48,572 nt of DNA from Candidatus Sumerlaeia bacterium (GTDB taxonomy: Bacteria > Sumerlaeota > Sumerlaeia > SLMS01 > JANRJK01), in assembly GCA_033764015.1 (NCBI GenBank), contig JANRJK010000022.1, forward strand, positions 1 through 48,572. Direction: 5' to 3'. The notes under the pieces are model-generated. The model did not search any database. It was given only the letters and a program-made list of their open reading frames with translations, and was not told the DNA's origin. Made by a program: the position numbers and the translations under genes. Shown here in pieces: positions 26,314 to 35,165 of this stretch (its first letter is position 1; the number at the start of each line of letters is the position of its first letter).

Positions 26314-27076
26314 CGAAGACGAGTCCCTCCGTGCAGATGCGGCGGCGCCCCGCCGGTGTGTCCACCACGCAGGCCAGGCACATGCCGAAGCCGCAGGAGA
26401 TCGTCGAATCGGTCAGGCACACCTGCGCGGGCCCGTCGTGCCGCGCGGCGGCCGCGGCGAAGGCGTCCACCAGCGCGCGCGGTCCGGCGGCGTAGGCCGC
26501 GTGCCCCGGCGCGGAGGCGAACTCCGCCGCGAGGCGCGCCTCGAGCGCGGGGCCCTCCAACGGCAGGTCGAAGTGCGCCACCAGGATGCCCTCGTCGCCG
26601 ACCGCCTCGACGAGCGACTGCGCCGCCTCGGCCATCTCTTCCGGCACCAGCAGCCGCACCGCGCGCCCCGCGAGCAGGTGCCGCGTCGCGAGGAACGCCG
26701 CCGCCGCCACACCGACACCGGAAGCCGCGATCAGCGCGTCGCGCGCGTCGTCCACGGCGAACGCGGTGCCGTGCGGCCCGAAGGCGTCGAGCTGCCAGCT
26801 CGATTGCAGCAGGGCGCGCAGCCGCTCCGCCTCCGCGGGCGAGGACGCGTGGTGCTGCAGCACGACGCCTTCGCGGGAGGCGCCCGCCAGCAGGAACACG
26901 CGGCGCAGCAGCGGATCGACGCCCTCGCCGACGCGCACCAGGAAGTACTGGCCCGGAGCGCAGCGCCCCGCGAGTCCGGGCAGCTCGAGTTCCACCTCGA
27001 ACAGCGCGGCGTCGCCCCCCGGTTCCGCGATGTGCACGACGGGGGCCTGGAAGAATTCGGCGGCCTGGATCATCAC
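26294..27076 (-). CDS. pyrK: Dihydroorotate dehydrogenase electron-transfer subunit (divergent)
   Basis: PGQY, GPHGTAF and the 2Fe-2S motif CGFGMCLAC...C.EGLVF; directly upstream of pyrD. Confidence 0.85.
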   Translation of the reverse strand: MMIQAAEFFQAPVVHIAEPGGDAALFEVELELPGLAGRCAPGQYFLVRVGEGVDPLLRRVFLLAGASREGVVLQHHASSPAEAERLRALLQSSWQLDAFGPHGTAFAVDDARDALIAASGVGVAAAAFLATRHLLAGRAVRLLVPEEMAEAAQSLVEAVGDEGILVAHFDLPLEGPALEARLAAEFASAPGHAAYAAGPRALVDAFAAAAARHDGPAQVCLTDSTISCGFGMCLACVVDTPAGRRRICTEGLVFDAAAFR

Positions 27077-28380
27077 GCGAACGCCTTCGAGACGATCTTG
27101 CCGTCGGCGAAAACCGTGCGCCCGCCGACGATGGTGCGCGCCACGCGCGAGCGCAGCACGCGCCCCCGCAGCGGCGTGTTGAACGACTTCGAGAACACGG
27201 AGCGGCGCTCGATGCGCGTCTCGCCCGAGAGGTCCAGCAGCACGATGTCCGCCGGTCCGCCTTCGCGCAGCGTGCCGCCCTCGAGGCCCAGCACGCGGGC
27301 GGCGCAGCGCGACATGCGGTCGATCAGGAGCGGCAGCGGGAGGAAGCCCGTCTCGACGAGTTCCGTGTAGAGGAGCTGGAAGGCGAAATCGAGCCCGATC
27401 ATCCCCGGCGGAGCCTGGTCGAAGGGCAGCTCCTTCTCGATCTCCGTGTGCGGCGCGTGGTCCGTGGCGACGCAGTCGATGACGCCGGAGCGGAGCGCCT
27501 CGCGGAGCGCGGCGCGGTCCGCCTCGCCGCGCAGCGGGGGGGCCACGCGCGCGAAGGTGTTGAAGCCCTCGATCATCTCGTCGGTGAGCACCAGGTGGTG
27601 CGGCGTGGCCTCGGCGGTGACGCGGACGCCGCGGGCCTTGGCGTCGGCGATCAATTCGCAGGCGCGCTCCGTGGAGACATGGCAGATGTGGACGTGGCCG
27701 CCGGTGTCGGCGGCGAGTTCGATGTCGCGCGCGACGCAGGCGCTTTCCGCGGCCGCCGGCACGCCGCGGAGCCCCATGCGCGCGGCGCGGTCGCCCGCGT
27801 GCGCCACCCCGTCGGCGACCAGCTCGGGGATCTCCGCGTGGTTGAGGATCGGCCTGCCGAGCATCGCCGTGTACTCGAGCGCGCGGCGCATGATCTCGGC
27901 GTTCGCCACGGGGCGGCCGTCGTCGCTGAAGGCCACGGCGCCGAAGTGGGCGAGGTCGCCGAACTCGGTGATTTCCTTCCCCTCCTGCCCGCGCGTGACC
28001 GCGGCGATGGGGAACACGCGGACGTGGCCGTCGCGCTCCGTCACCGCGCGGAGGTAGTTCACCACGGTCGAGGAGTCGCAGATCGGATTCGTGTTCGGCA
28101 TGGGGCAGATGGAGGTGAAGCCCCCCGCGGCGGCGGCCTGCGTGCCGGAGAAGATCGTCTCCTTGTCCTCGCGCCCCGGCTCGCGGAGGTGCACGTGGAT
28201 GTCCACGAGGCCCGGCGCGGCGACCAGGCCCGCGGCGTCGACGCGCTCCGCGTCCGGCGCCTTCTGCCCCGGGGCGACGCGCACGATGCGGCCGTCCTCC
28301 ACCAGGATGTCCGCCACGGCGTCGAGGCCCGAGGCGGGGTCGATCACGCGGGCGCCCGCGACCAGCAGCTTGCGGCTCAT
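27073..28380 (-). CDS. pyrC: Dihydroorotase (type I)
   Basis: GLVDIHVHLREPG, AAAGGFT, MPNT, HICHVST, EATPHH and ATDHAPH. Confidence 0.96.
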   Translation of the reverse strand: MSRKLLVAGARVIDPASGLDAVADILVEDGRIVRVAPGQKAPDAERVDAAGLVAAPGLVDIHVHLREPGREDKETIFSGTQAAAAGGFTSICPMPNTNPICDSSTVVNYLRAVTERDGHVRVFPIAAVTRGQEGKEITEFGDLAHFGAVAFSDDGRPVANAEIMRRALEYTAMLGRPILNHAEIPELVADGVAHAGDRAARMGLRGVPAAAESACVARDIELAADTGGHVHICHVSTERACELIADAKARGVRVTAEATPHHLVLTDEMIEGFNTFARVAPPLRGEADRAALREALRSGVIDCVATDHAPHTEIEKELPFDQAPPGMIGLDFAFQLLYTELVETGFLPLPLLIDRMSRCAARVLGLEGGTLREGGPADIVLLDLSGETRIERRSVFSKSFNTPLRGRVLRSRVARTIVGGRTVFADGKIVSKAFA

Positions 28381-29375
28381 GGGCCGATCTCCTTGCGCGC
28401 GCCGGACAGCAGGTAGAACACCGCCATCCGCGCGGCGATGCCGTTCGTCACCTGCGCGTCGATCACGGAGCGCGGGCCGTCCGCCACCGCGCCGTCGATC
28501 TCGACGCCGCGGTTCGTCGGTCCCGGGTGCATCACGATCGCGTGCGGCTTCGCGTGGCGCAGCCGGTGCTCCGTGATCGCGTAGAGGAACTTGTACTCGC
28601 GGATCGACGGGAAGAGGTTCGCCGTCATGCGCTCCATCTGGATGCGGAGCAGGTAGACCACGTCGGCGTCGCGGATGCCCTCCGTGAGGTCGTGGTGCAC
28701 CTCGACGCCCCAGGAGGCGGCGAGGCGCGGGATCAGCGTGCGCGGGCCGACGACGCGGACCTTCGCGCCGAGCTTGGTGAGCGCCCAGATGTTGGAGCGC
28801 GCCACGCGCGAATGGAGGATGTCGCCGACGATCGCGACCGTGAGCTCCTCGATGCGGCCCAGCTTCTCGAGCATCGTGTAGAGGTCGAGGAGCGCCTGCG
28901 TGGGGTGCTCGTGGCAGCCGTCGCCGGCGTTGATGATCGAGACGTCGGGCATCTCGCGCGCGAGCAGGTGCGGCACGCCGGCGGACGCGTGGCGGAGCAC
29001 GATGTAGTCCGCCCCCAGCGCGCGGATCGTCTTCGCCGTGTCGAGCAGGCTCTCGCCCTTCGCCACCGCGCTGGTGGCGACCGTGAAGTTGGTCACGTCC
29101 GCGCTGAGCCGCTTGGCCGCAACCTCGAAGCTGGTGCGCGTGCGCGTCGAACTCTCGAAGAAGATGTTCACCACCGAGCGCCCCTGCAGCGTGGGCAGCT
29201 TCTTGACGCTTCGCGTCAGGACGTCCTTGAACGCCGCGGTGTCGTGGAGCACGCGCTCGATCTCGGCGCGCGTGAGCGACTCGATGTCCAGCAGGTGCCG
29301 GCGGGTGAATTCGCCGACCGGCTCGAACTGCGCGACCGGATGGGCGGGCTCGACCGCCATGGCGGAGTCAGCCAT
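28377..29375 (-). CDS. pyrB: Aspartate carbamoyltransferase catalytic subunit
   Basis: FFESSTRTRTSF, INAGDG.HEHPTQALLD, GDILHSRVARS and MHPGP.NRG. Confidence 0.97.
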   Translation of the reverse strand: MADSAMAVEPAHPVAQFEPVGEFTRRHLLDIESLTRAEIERVLHDTAAFKDVLTRSVKKLPTLQGRSVVNIFFESSTRTRTSFEVAAKRLSADVTNFTVATSAVAKGESLLDTAKTIRALGADYIVLRHASAGVPHLLAREMPDVSIINAGDGCHEHPTQALLDLYTMLEKLGRIEELTVAIVGDILHSRVARSNIWALTKLGAKVRVVGPRTLIPRLAASWGVEVHHDLTEGIRDADVVYLLRIQMERMTANLFPSIREYKFLYAITEHRLRHAKPHAIVMHPGPTNRGVEIDGAVADGPRSVIDAQVTNGIAARMAVFYLLSGARKEIGP

Positions 29376-29940
29376 CGGCGGACTCGCCGGCGGCGCCGGT
29401 CAGCAGGTCGATGCCGTCGCGCCCGTCGTTCTCGCGCAGGTTCACCTCGATGATGTCGCGGCGCTCGGTCATGACGGTGAACGCGGCCACGTCGGCGTGG
29501 ATCGGGTACTCGCGGTGCCCGCGGTCCACCAGCACCCCGAGCCGGATCGCGGAGGGGCGGCCGAAGGCGATCAGCGCGTCGATCGACGCGCGCGCCGTGC
29601 GGCCCGTGAAGAGCACGTCGTCGATCACCACCACCGTGCAGCCGTCCACGTCGAAGGGCAGGTGCGACATGCCGACCTTCGGTTGCGGGCCGAGCGTCGA
29701 TAGGTCGTCTCGGTAGAGGGTGATGTCGAGGATGCCGAGCGGGAGCTGTCGCCCGGCGAGCTCCTGCACGCGCTGGTGCAGGCGCCGCGCGATGGTGAGG
29801 CCCCGGGTGCGCACGCCGACGAGCGCGGAGTTCTTCGGCGCCACGAGCGGCGCCACGCCGCGCGCGATGGCCTCGATGCCATCCGCCATGCGGTCGGAAT
29901 CGTAGAGGGGGCGTCGTTCGCCGTCGGCGCGTCGCGCCAT
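29368..29940 (-). CDS. pyrR: PyrR-like regulator / uracil phosphoribosyltransferase
   Basis: LDITLYRDDL, VVVIDDVLFTGRT and LVDRGHREYPI.AD; first gene of the operon. Confidence 0.93.
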   Translation of the reverse strand: MARRADGERRPLYDSDRMADGIEAIARGVAPLVAPKNSALVGVRTRGLTIARRLHQRVQELAGRQLPLGILDITLYRDDLSTLGPQPKVGMSHLPFDVDGCTVVVIDDVLFTGRTARASIDALIAFGRPSAIRLGVLVDRGHREYPIHADVAAFTVMTERRDIIEVNLRENDGRDGIDLLTGAAGESADG

Positions 29941-30098
29941 CGGGGCACCTCGCTGCGGGGGTTCGCTGCGCCTGCGGGCAACACCTCATGCACGCGCCGC
30001 GCGCGGCGGTGGGCAAGCACGGCTTGCGCTGGCCCCGCCGTTGCTCCGCCCGGCGCCACGCACGCGCATTCCAGCCCAAACCGGGACAGCCTGACGCG

Positions 30099-31076
30099 AT
30101 GAGCCAGTCGAACGAACCACCGCTGCTCCACGTCGAACGCATCGAGAAGCGCTTCGAAACCGTCAAGGCGGTCGATGGACTCGGCTTCGAGGTGAAGCGC
30201 GGCGAAGTCTTCGCCCTCCTCGGTCCCAACGGCGCCGGCAAGACCACCACGGTTCGGATGCTGCTCGGCATCAACCGGCCCGACGCGGGCTCGATCCGCT
30301 ACTCGCTCCCCGGGGCCGAGGGCGCATCGGCCCCGCCGCCACACCTCGTGGGCTACCTGCCGGAGGAGCGTGGTCTCTTCAAGGACACCACGATCCTGCG
30401 CACGATCGCGTTCCTCGCGGGACTGCGCGGCGTCACCCGAGAGGACGCCCGCACCCGCGCCCTCGAGTGGCTCGAACGCCTCGGCCTCAAGGGACGCGGC
30501 GACGAAAAGGTCGAGGCGCTCTCGAAGGGCAACCAGCAGAAGGTCCAGTTCATCGCCTCGATCATCCACCGGCCCGCCTTCGCGATCCTCGACGAGCCGT
30601 TCTCCGGCCTCGATCCGGTGAACCAGGAGTACTTCCTCGGCCTGCTGCGCGAGCTGCGCGACGCGGGCACGACGATCCTCCTCAGCGCGCACCAGATGCA
30701 GCTCGTCGAGCGCGTGGCGGACCGGATCCTCGTGATGAGCCGCGGGCGCGCGGTGCTCCACGGCACGCTGGCGGAGCTGCGCCGCGAGGCGGGCGCGGGC
30801 AGCCGCCTGACGCTCAAGGTCGCCGGCGCCGTGGACCTCGGGGCGCTCCGCGCGCATCCCTCGGTGCTCGCCGCGGAAGCCGGCCCGGACGGCGTGGTCA
30901 CCGTGCAGGCGCGCGAGGGCGCGGAACTCGGGCCGATCCTCGCCGCCGCCGCAAACGTGGGCGCCATCGAAGCGGTCCGCACCGAGGAGCCCACGCTGCA
31001 CGACATCTACGTCCGCGCCGTCGGCGACGACGCGCTCAAGTCGGAACCCACCCCCGCCGCGGAGGAGTCCGCATGA
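30099..31076 (+). CDS. ABC-2 transporter ATP-binding subunit (NatA/YhaQ-like)
   Basis: Walker A GPNGAGKTT, signature LSKGNQQK, Walker B ILDEPFSGLD and C-terminal PTLHDIY. Confidence 0.92.
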   Translation: MSQSNEPPLLHVERIEKRFETVKAVDGLGFEVKRGEVFALLGPNGAGKTTTVRMLLGINRPDAGSIRYSLPGAEGASAPPPHLVGYLPEERGLFKDTTILRTIAFLAGLRGVTREDARTRALEWLERLGLKGRGDEKVEALSKGNQQKVQFIASIIHRPAFAILDEPFSGLDPVNQEYFLGLLRELRDAGTTILLSAHQMQLVERVADRILVMSRGRAVLHGTLAELRREAGAGSRLTLKVAGAVDLGALRAHPSVLAAEAGPDGVVTVQAREGAELGPILAAAANVGAIEAVRTEEPTLHDIYVRAVGDDALKSEPTPAAEESA

Positions 31077-32296
31077 ACGGCCACTGGCGCGCCGCGTGGC
31101 TGGTCTCCACGTGGGAATTCCAACGCTTCTTCAAGATCAAGGAACAGCTTTGGTCCTTCGCCATCATGCTCGGCGTCGGCCTCGCCGTCTTTGGCGGCGG
31201 CACGCTGGTGAAGCGCATCACGGACCGCGAAACGCGCGAGGGGAAGAACCGCGTGACGCTCGCGCTGGAGAACGCCGCCGGGCTGCCGGTCGCCGCCCCG
31301 GAGGAGGGCCGCATCCGCTTCGAGCCCGCCGACGCCACTCGGGAGGAACTCGCCGCCAAGGTGGACGCCGGCGACATCACCGGCGTGCTCACGATCCACG
31401 GCACGGACCGCGCCGAGTTGCTCGTCGCGAAGTCGCCCACGTCGTGGCAGGGCGAACTGGCGCCGATTCTCAACGCCGCGCGCTCTACCGCCGAGCTGGC
31501 CCGCAACAACATCGCGCCGGAGGCCGTCGCCGCGGTCCTCGCCCCCATGCCGCTCGAGGTCGCCTACACCGGGGCCTCGAAGAAGCCCGCCTCGCGCGCC
31601 GACAAGGTGCTCGCCGTCGCCATGGTGTTCTTCACCTCCTTCGCCGTCTTCGGAGGGCTCGCCACGCTCTTCGTCGGCATCACCGGCGAAAAGACCCAGC
31701 GCGTGACGGAACTCGTCATCTCCGCCATCTCGCCGCAGGCATGGATCGACGGCAAGATCATCGGCCACTCGCTGGTCGCCTTCGCCGGCGTGCTCAACAC
31801 GCTGCTGAGTTTTGTCGTCTTCTACACCGTGATGGCTCTACTCGACCTGCCGTTCCCGGACTGGATCGACTTCCGCGGCGCGGACCCGCTCTTCCTCTTG
31901 GCGTCGGGCGTGCTGGCGCTGGCGGCGTTCCTGATGTGGTTCGCGTTCTTCAGCGCCGTCGCGGCGACCATCGACGACCCGAACACCTCGGCGCGCAACG
32001 CGTTCCTGTTCCTGCCGATGGCGCCGCTCGGCGTGGCGATCGGCCTCTTGGGCCACCCGGATTCGGCGGCGGCGCTGGCGCTATCGTTCTTCCCCCCGAC
32101 CGCCGCGCCGGTCCTGACACTGCGCATGGCGCTTTCGGAGGTACCGCTCTGGCAGGGCGCGCTGGGCTTCGCGCTGGTGGTGGCGACGGGCTGGGCGCTG
32201 CGCTCGCTCGCGGCGAAGATCTTCACCGTGGGCATGATGATGCACGGCAAGGAACCAAGCTGGCGCGAGATGTGGCGCTGGGCGCGCGAGGGGTGA
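31073..32296 (+). CDS. ABC-2 transporter permease (NatB/YhaP-like)
   Basis: One TM, a periplasmic loop and 5 further TMs; EKTQRVTELVISAISP..WIDGKI; ATGA overlap with the ATPase gene. Confidence 0.9.
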   Translation: MNGHWRAAWLVSTWEFQRFFKIKEQLWSFAIMLGVGLAVFGGGTLVKRITDRETREGKNRVTLALENAAGLPVAAPEEGRIRFEPADATREELAAKVDAGDITGVLTIHGTDRAELLVAKSPTSWQGELAPILNAARSTAELARNNIAPEAVAAVLAPMPLEVAYTGASKKPASRADKVLAVAMVFFTSFAVFGGLATLFVGITGEKTQRVTELVISAISPQAWIDGKIIGHSLVAFAGVLNTLLSFVVFYTVMALLDLPFPDWIDFRGADPLFLLASGVLALAAFLMWFAFFSAVAATIDDPNTSARNAFLFLPMAPLGVAIGLLGHPDSAAALALSFFPPTAAPVLTLRMALSEVPLWQGALGFALVVATGWALRSLAAKIFTVGMMMHGKEPSWREMWRWAREG

Positions 32297-32311
32297 ACGG
32301 GGAGACTCTGG

Positions 32312-32340
32312 TTGCGCAGAGGCGCCCCAACAGGCATTCT
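32312..32340 (+). promoter_or_regulatory. Putative sigma70-type promoter (TTGCGC-N17-CATTCT)
   Basis: 17-bp spacing, upstream of the 32447 gene. Confidence 0.45.
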
Positions 32341-32396
32341 GCACGGTGTGGGGCCATAGCCCCGCCCCGGAGCTAGCCCCGCCCACCGCCTCGGCA

Positions 32397-32411
32397 TGGC
32401 GCGGCAGTTGC
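32397..32411 (+). promoter_or_regulatory. Putative sigma54 (-24/-12) promoter
   Basis: TGGCGCGgcagTTGC matches TGGCACG-N4-TTGC with correct GG-N10-GC spacing, 35 nt before the ATG at 32447. Confidence 0.55.
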
Positions 32412-32446
32412 CCCGGGCATGGCACCAACGCCCGGGAGCCCCTGCC

Positions 32447-34069
32447 ATGTTGCCCAGCCGCCTCATCCCCATCGCCGCAGCCCTCGCGTGTTGCCTCGCC
32501 GCAACGCTGCCGACCCCAGCGGAAAGCCCCCGCCTCGTGGGCTACGCGGAAAGCGGGACGTTGATCTATCCGAACTTTGTGGTGGAGGAGGTGAAAGAGT
32601 ACCAAGTTGTCCGGGCCGCGAACGCTCGCAGCAATCAAGCGGCGAGTAGTGAGGATCGGGAAAGTCATCCCAGTTTTGATCGCGTGAGCGTGGACCCCAC
32701 GTCCAGTCCGACGTCACAAGGGACTGAGCCCATGGACTTTACTTGGGCGTTGCCCACGCCCTATGGAGTGTTTGGGTTTCAACGCTCCCGTCTCGGAAAC
32801 TACATCTACCGACTAGTCCGAATCAAACAAAATGGTTCGATCCAGATTATCCCCGGATTCAGCTCGGAGATTTTTGGTATTGTCCGACATTCCGACAAGA
32901 ATGGGAAGTTTCTAGTATTCTCGAGTACCTCCCTCTACGAGATAGACACGGAAACAGGCTCGATTACGCGCCAGGTCCCATCCCTAGCTACTGAGGGGAG
33001 TGTGATCAGAAGAGGCGTGGCGCACTATGGCGGCGACTATTTGTATCTTGTCATAGGCCAATGGCATCCGGAGATTCCGGGCCCAAACGAGGTGCTCAAG
33101 ATCGACCGTGATTCGCTTGAAATAATCCAGAAGCTTGAGAAAGGAACTTACCTACTCGACATCAACAAGACAGGGGAGTACATCGCACTGAGTGGCACCC
33201 CGCAAAGTGCGATCTCACAATTCCGAACTAGCGACTTGTCAATGATGGGGGTTATCGACGATCAATCCCCACTAGGGATAGCTGTGATGACTTACTTGGA
33301 TGCCGATAACCTACTCGTCCGTTTGGTGCAACCAAGCATCCGGGCTTCCCAATCGACGACTGATGCCCGAGTGTACTGGCGTCCACAGATGGATCGAGTG
33401 TCGTACCCCCAGATTGTCATTCCGGGTGGCAGTTATAACTTCTCGGGGACTGCAGCGACATCCCCATCGAGAAATCTCCTAGTCAGCCGCGTATGGACTT
33501 CTAATGATGCGTATCTGATGGACACTCGATCTCTTCGCCAGGAAGTTTTCGCCGCGAACTTTTTTGGATCCTACGCGGAGTTCTTCCGCAATAGGCCTTG
33601 GGTCTGCCTGCTACAGACCGACGGCCCATTGAACTTCCGCATCTCCTACGAAGGCACCACTCAAGGCACCCGCGCCACAATCTCCGCCCCCTTCGAGCCC
33701 AAGCGCTTTTCCATCTTCAGCTACGAGGCCGAGGCCGAGTTCGACGTTGCGGTGTGGCGCGAGGCGGAGGGCGAGCTGCAGCTCCTGTGGGAGCGCAACA
33801 ACGTGCCGGGCGTTGGCTATGGTTGGATCGACCTGCCGATCGCGCCGGGCGAGCTGCCGATGTCGCCGGGCGCCTATTGGCTGACCTGGTCCGCGCGCGG
33901 GCCCGGGCGTCCCGCCGGGCGCATCCCGGGGCAGCCGGGCGATGGCATCGTGTTCACCCGTCCGGACGGGCCGCTGGCGGTGCCACTCGCCGGCGCCCAG
34001 ATCACCGACGACCGCTGGGGCATGTTCCTTTCGGACGACACCACGCCCGCCGGTTGGCTGGTGCGCTAG
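32447..34069 (+). CDS. Secreted hypothetical protein: signal peptide, low-GC beta-rich (propeller-like) core and high-GC C-terminal domain ending GWLVR
   Basis: Continuous 540-codon ORF; GGGAG RBS; N-terminal hydrophobic signal; short beta-strand periodicity in the core. Confidence 0.75.
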   Translation: MLPSRLIPIAAALACCLAATLPTPAESPRLVGYAESGTLIYPNFVVEEVKEYQVVRAANARSNQAASSEDRESHPSFDRVSVDPTSSPTSQGTEPMDFTWALPTPYGVFGFQRSRLGNYIYRLVRIKQNGSIQIIPGFSSEIFGIVRHSDKNGKFLVFSSTSLYEIDTETGSITRQVPSLATEGSVIRRGVAHYGGDYLYLVIGQWHPEIPGPNEVLKIDRDSLEIIQKLEKGTYLLDINKTGEYIALSGTPQSAISQFRTSDLSMMGVIDDQSPLGIAVMTYLDADNLLVRLVQPSIRASQSTTDARVYWRPQMDRVSYPQIVIPGGSYNFSGTAATSPSRNLLVSRVWTSNDAYLMDTRSLRQEVFAANFFGSYAEFFRNRPWVCLLQTDGPLNFRISYEGTTQGTRATISAPFEPKRFSIFSYEAEAEFDVAVWREAEGELQLLWERNNVPGVGYGWIDLPIAPGELPMSPGAYWLTWSARGPGRPAGRIPGQPGDGIVFTRPDGPLAVPLAGAQITDDRWGMFLSDDTTPAGWLVR

Positions 34070-34089
34070 CCCCCCGCGCGCGGTCCGGC

Positions 34090-34118
34090 TTGCCCGGGCG
34101 CCCGCGCGGCGCCAGCGT
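34090..34118 (+). promoter_or_regulatory. Putative promoter of the epimerase gene (TTGCCC-N17-CAGCGT)
   Basis: 17-bp spacing, about 33 nt before the ATG at 34152. Confidence 0.45.
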
Positions 34119-34151
34119 CCCCTTTCCCCGAGCGCCCGGGACGCTCCGCCC

Positions 34152-35165
34152 ATGGTCCACTTGCTCGCCACGCATCCGCTCGCGCAGCACCTGCGCCGCA
34201 TGATCCCGCCGGGAACGCGGTTCCTCGTGACCGGAGGCGCGGGGTTCATCGGCAGCCACCTCGCCGCGGAACTGGTCGCGCTCGGCATGCGGGTGCGCGT
34301 GCTGGACAACTTCGCGACGGGGCGGCGGCAAAACCTCGCCGCGGTGGCGGACCGGATCGAGTTGCTCGAGGGCTCCGTGGCCGACCCGGAGGCGTGCCGC
34401 GCGGCGTGCGCGGGGGTCGCCTTTGTGCTGCACCACGCGGCGGTGCCGAGCGTGGCGCGCTCCGTCGCCGATCCGCGCGAATGCCACGAAGCGAACGTGG
34501 CCGGCACGCTGAACATGCTCGAAGCGGCGCGCGCCGCGGGCGTCCGCCGCTTGGTGTACGCCGCGTCGTCGTCCGCCTACGGCGACCTGCCGGTGGAATG
34601 GAAGCGCGAGGACCTGCGCCCCGCGCCGCAGAGCCCCTACGCCGCGGCGAAGCTGGCCGCGGAGCACTATTGCGCCGCCTGGACCCGCGTGTACGGGCTC
34701 GATACGGTGTCGCTGCGCTACTTCAACGTGTTCGGTCCTCGGCAGGATCCGGCGAGCGACTACGCGGCGGTGATCCCGCGCTTCGCGGCGCGGATGCTCC
34801 GTGGCGAACGCCCGGTGATCTACGGGGACGGCGGCCAGACGCGCGACTTCACCTACATCGCGAACAACGTCCGCGCGGTGCTGCTCGCCTGCGTGGCGGA
34901 GGACGTCGCGGGGCGCGTGTTCAACATCGCCTGCGGGCGCGCCCACTCGCTGCTCGAGCTGGTCGCCGCGCTTAACGCGGTGCTGGGCACGGCGATCGAG
35001 CCGGAGTTCTCCCCGCCGGCGCCGGGCGACGTGCGGCACTCGAAGGCGGACATCTCGGCGGCGCGCGCGGCGCTGGGCTACGAGCCGGAGGTCGAGTTCG
35101 AGGAGGGTCTGCGGCGCACGGTGGATTGGCTGCGCGCGGAAACCAGCCGCGCCGGCAGCTCGTAG
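34152..35165 (+). CDS. NAD-dependent epimerase/dehydratase (UDP-GlcNAc 4-epimerase WbpP-like SDR)
   Basis: LVTGGAGFIGSH, PSVARS, ASSSAYG, YAAAK, LRYFNVFGPRQDP and GDGGQTRDFTY; alternative start at 34200. Confidence 0.92.
   Translation: MVHLLATHPLAQHLRRMIPPGTRFLVTGGAGFIGSHLAAELVALGMRVRVLDNFATGRRQNLAAVADRIELLEGSVADPEACRAACAGVAFVLHHAAVPSVARSVADPRECHEANVAGTLNMLEAARAAGVRRLVYAASSSAYGDLPVEWKREDLRPAPQSPYAAAKLAAEHYCAAWTRVYGLDTVSLRYFNVFGPRQDPASDYAAVIPRFAARMLRGERPVIYGDGGQTRDFTYIANNVRAVLLACVAEDVAGRVFNIACGRAHSLLELVAALNAVLGTAIEPEFSPPAPGDVRHSKADISAARAALGYEPEVEFEEGLRRTVDWLRAETSRAGSS

Noticed and set aside
29941..30098. PyrR attenuator
   Set aside because: No UCCAGAGAG-like binding loop or terminator/antiterminator was found by eye.
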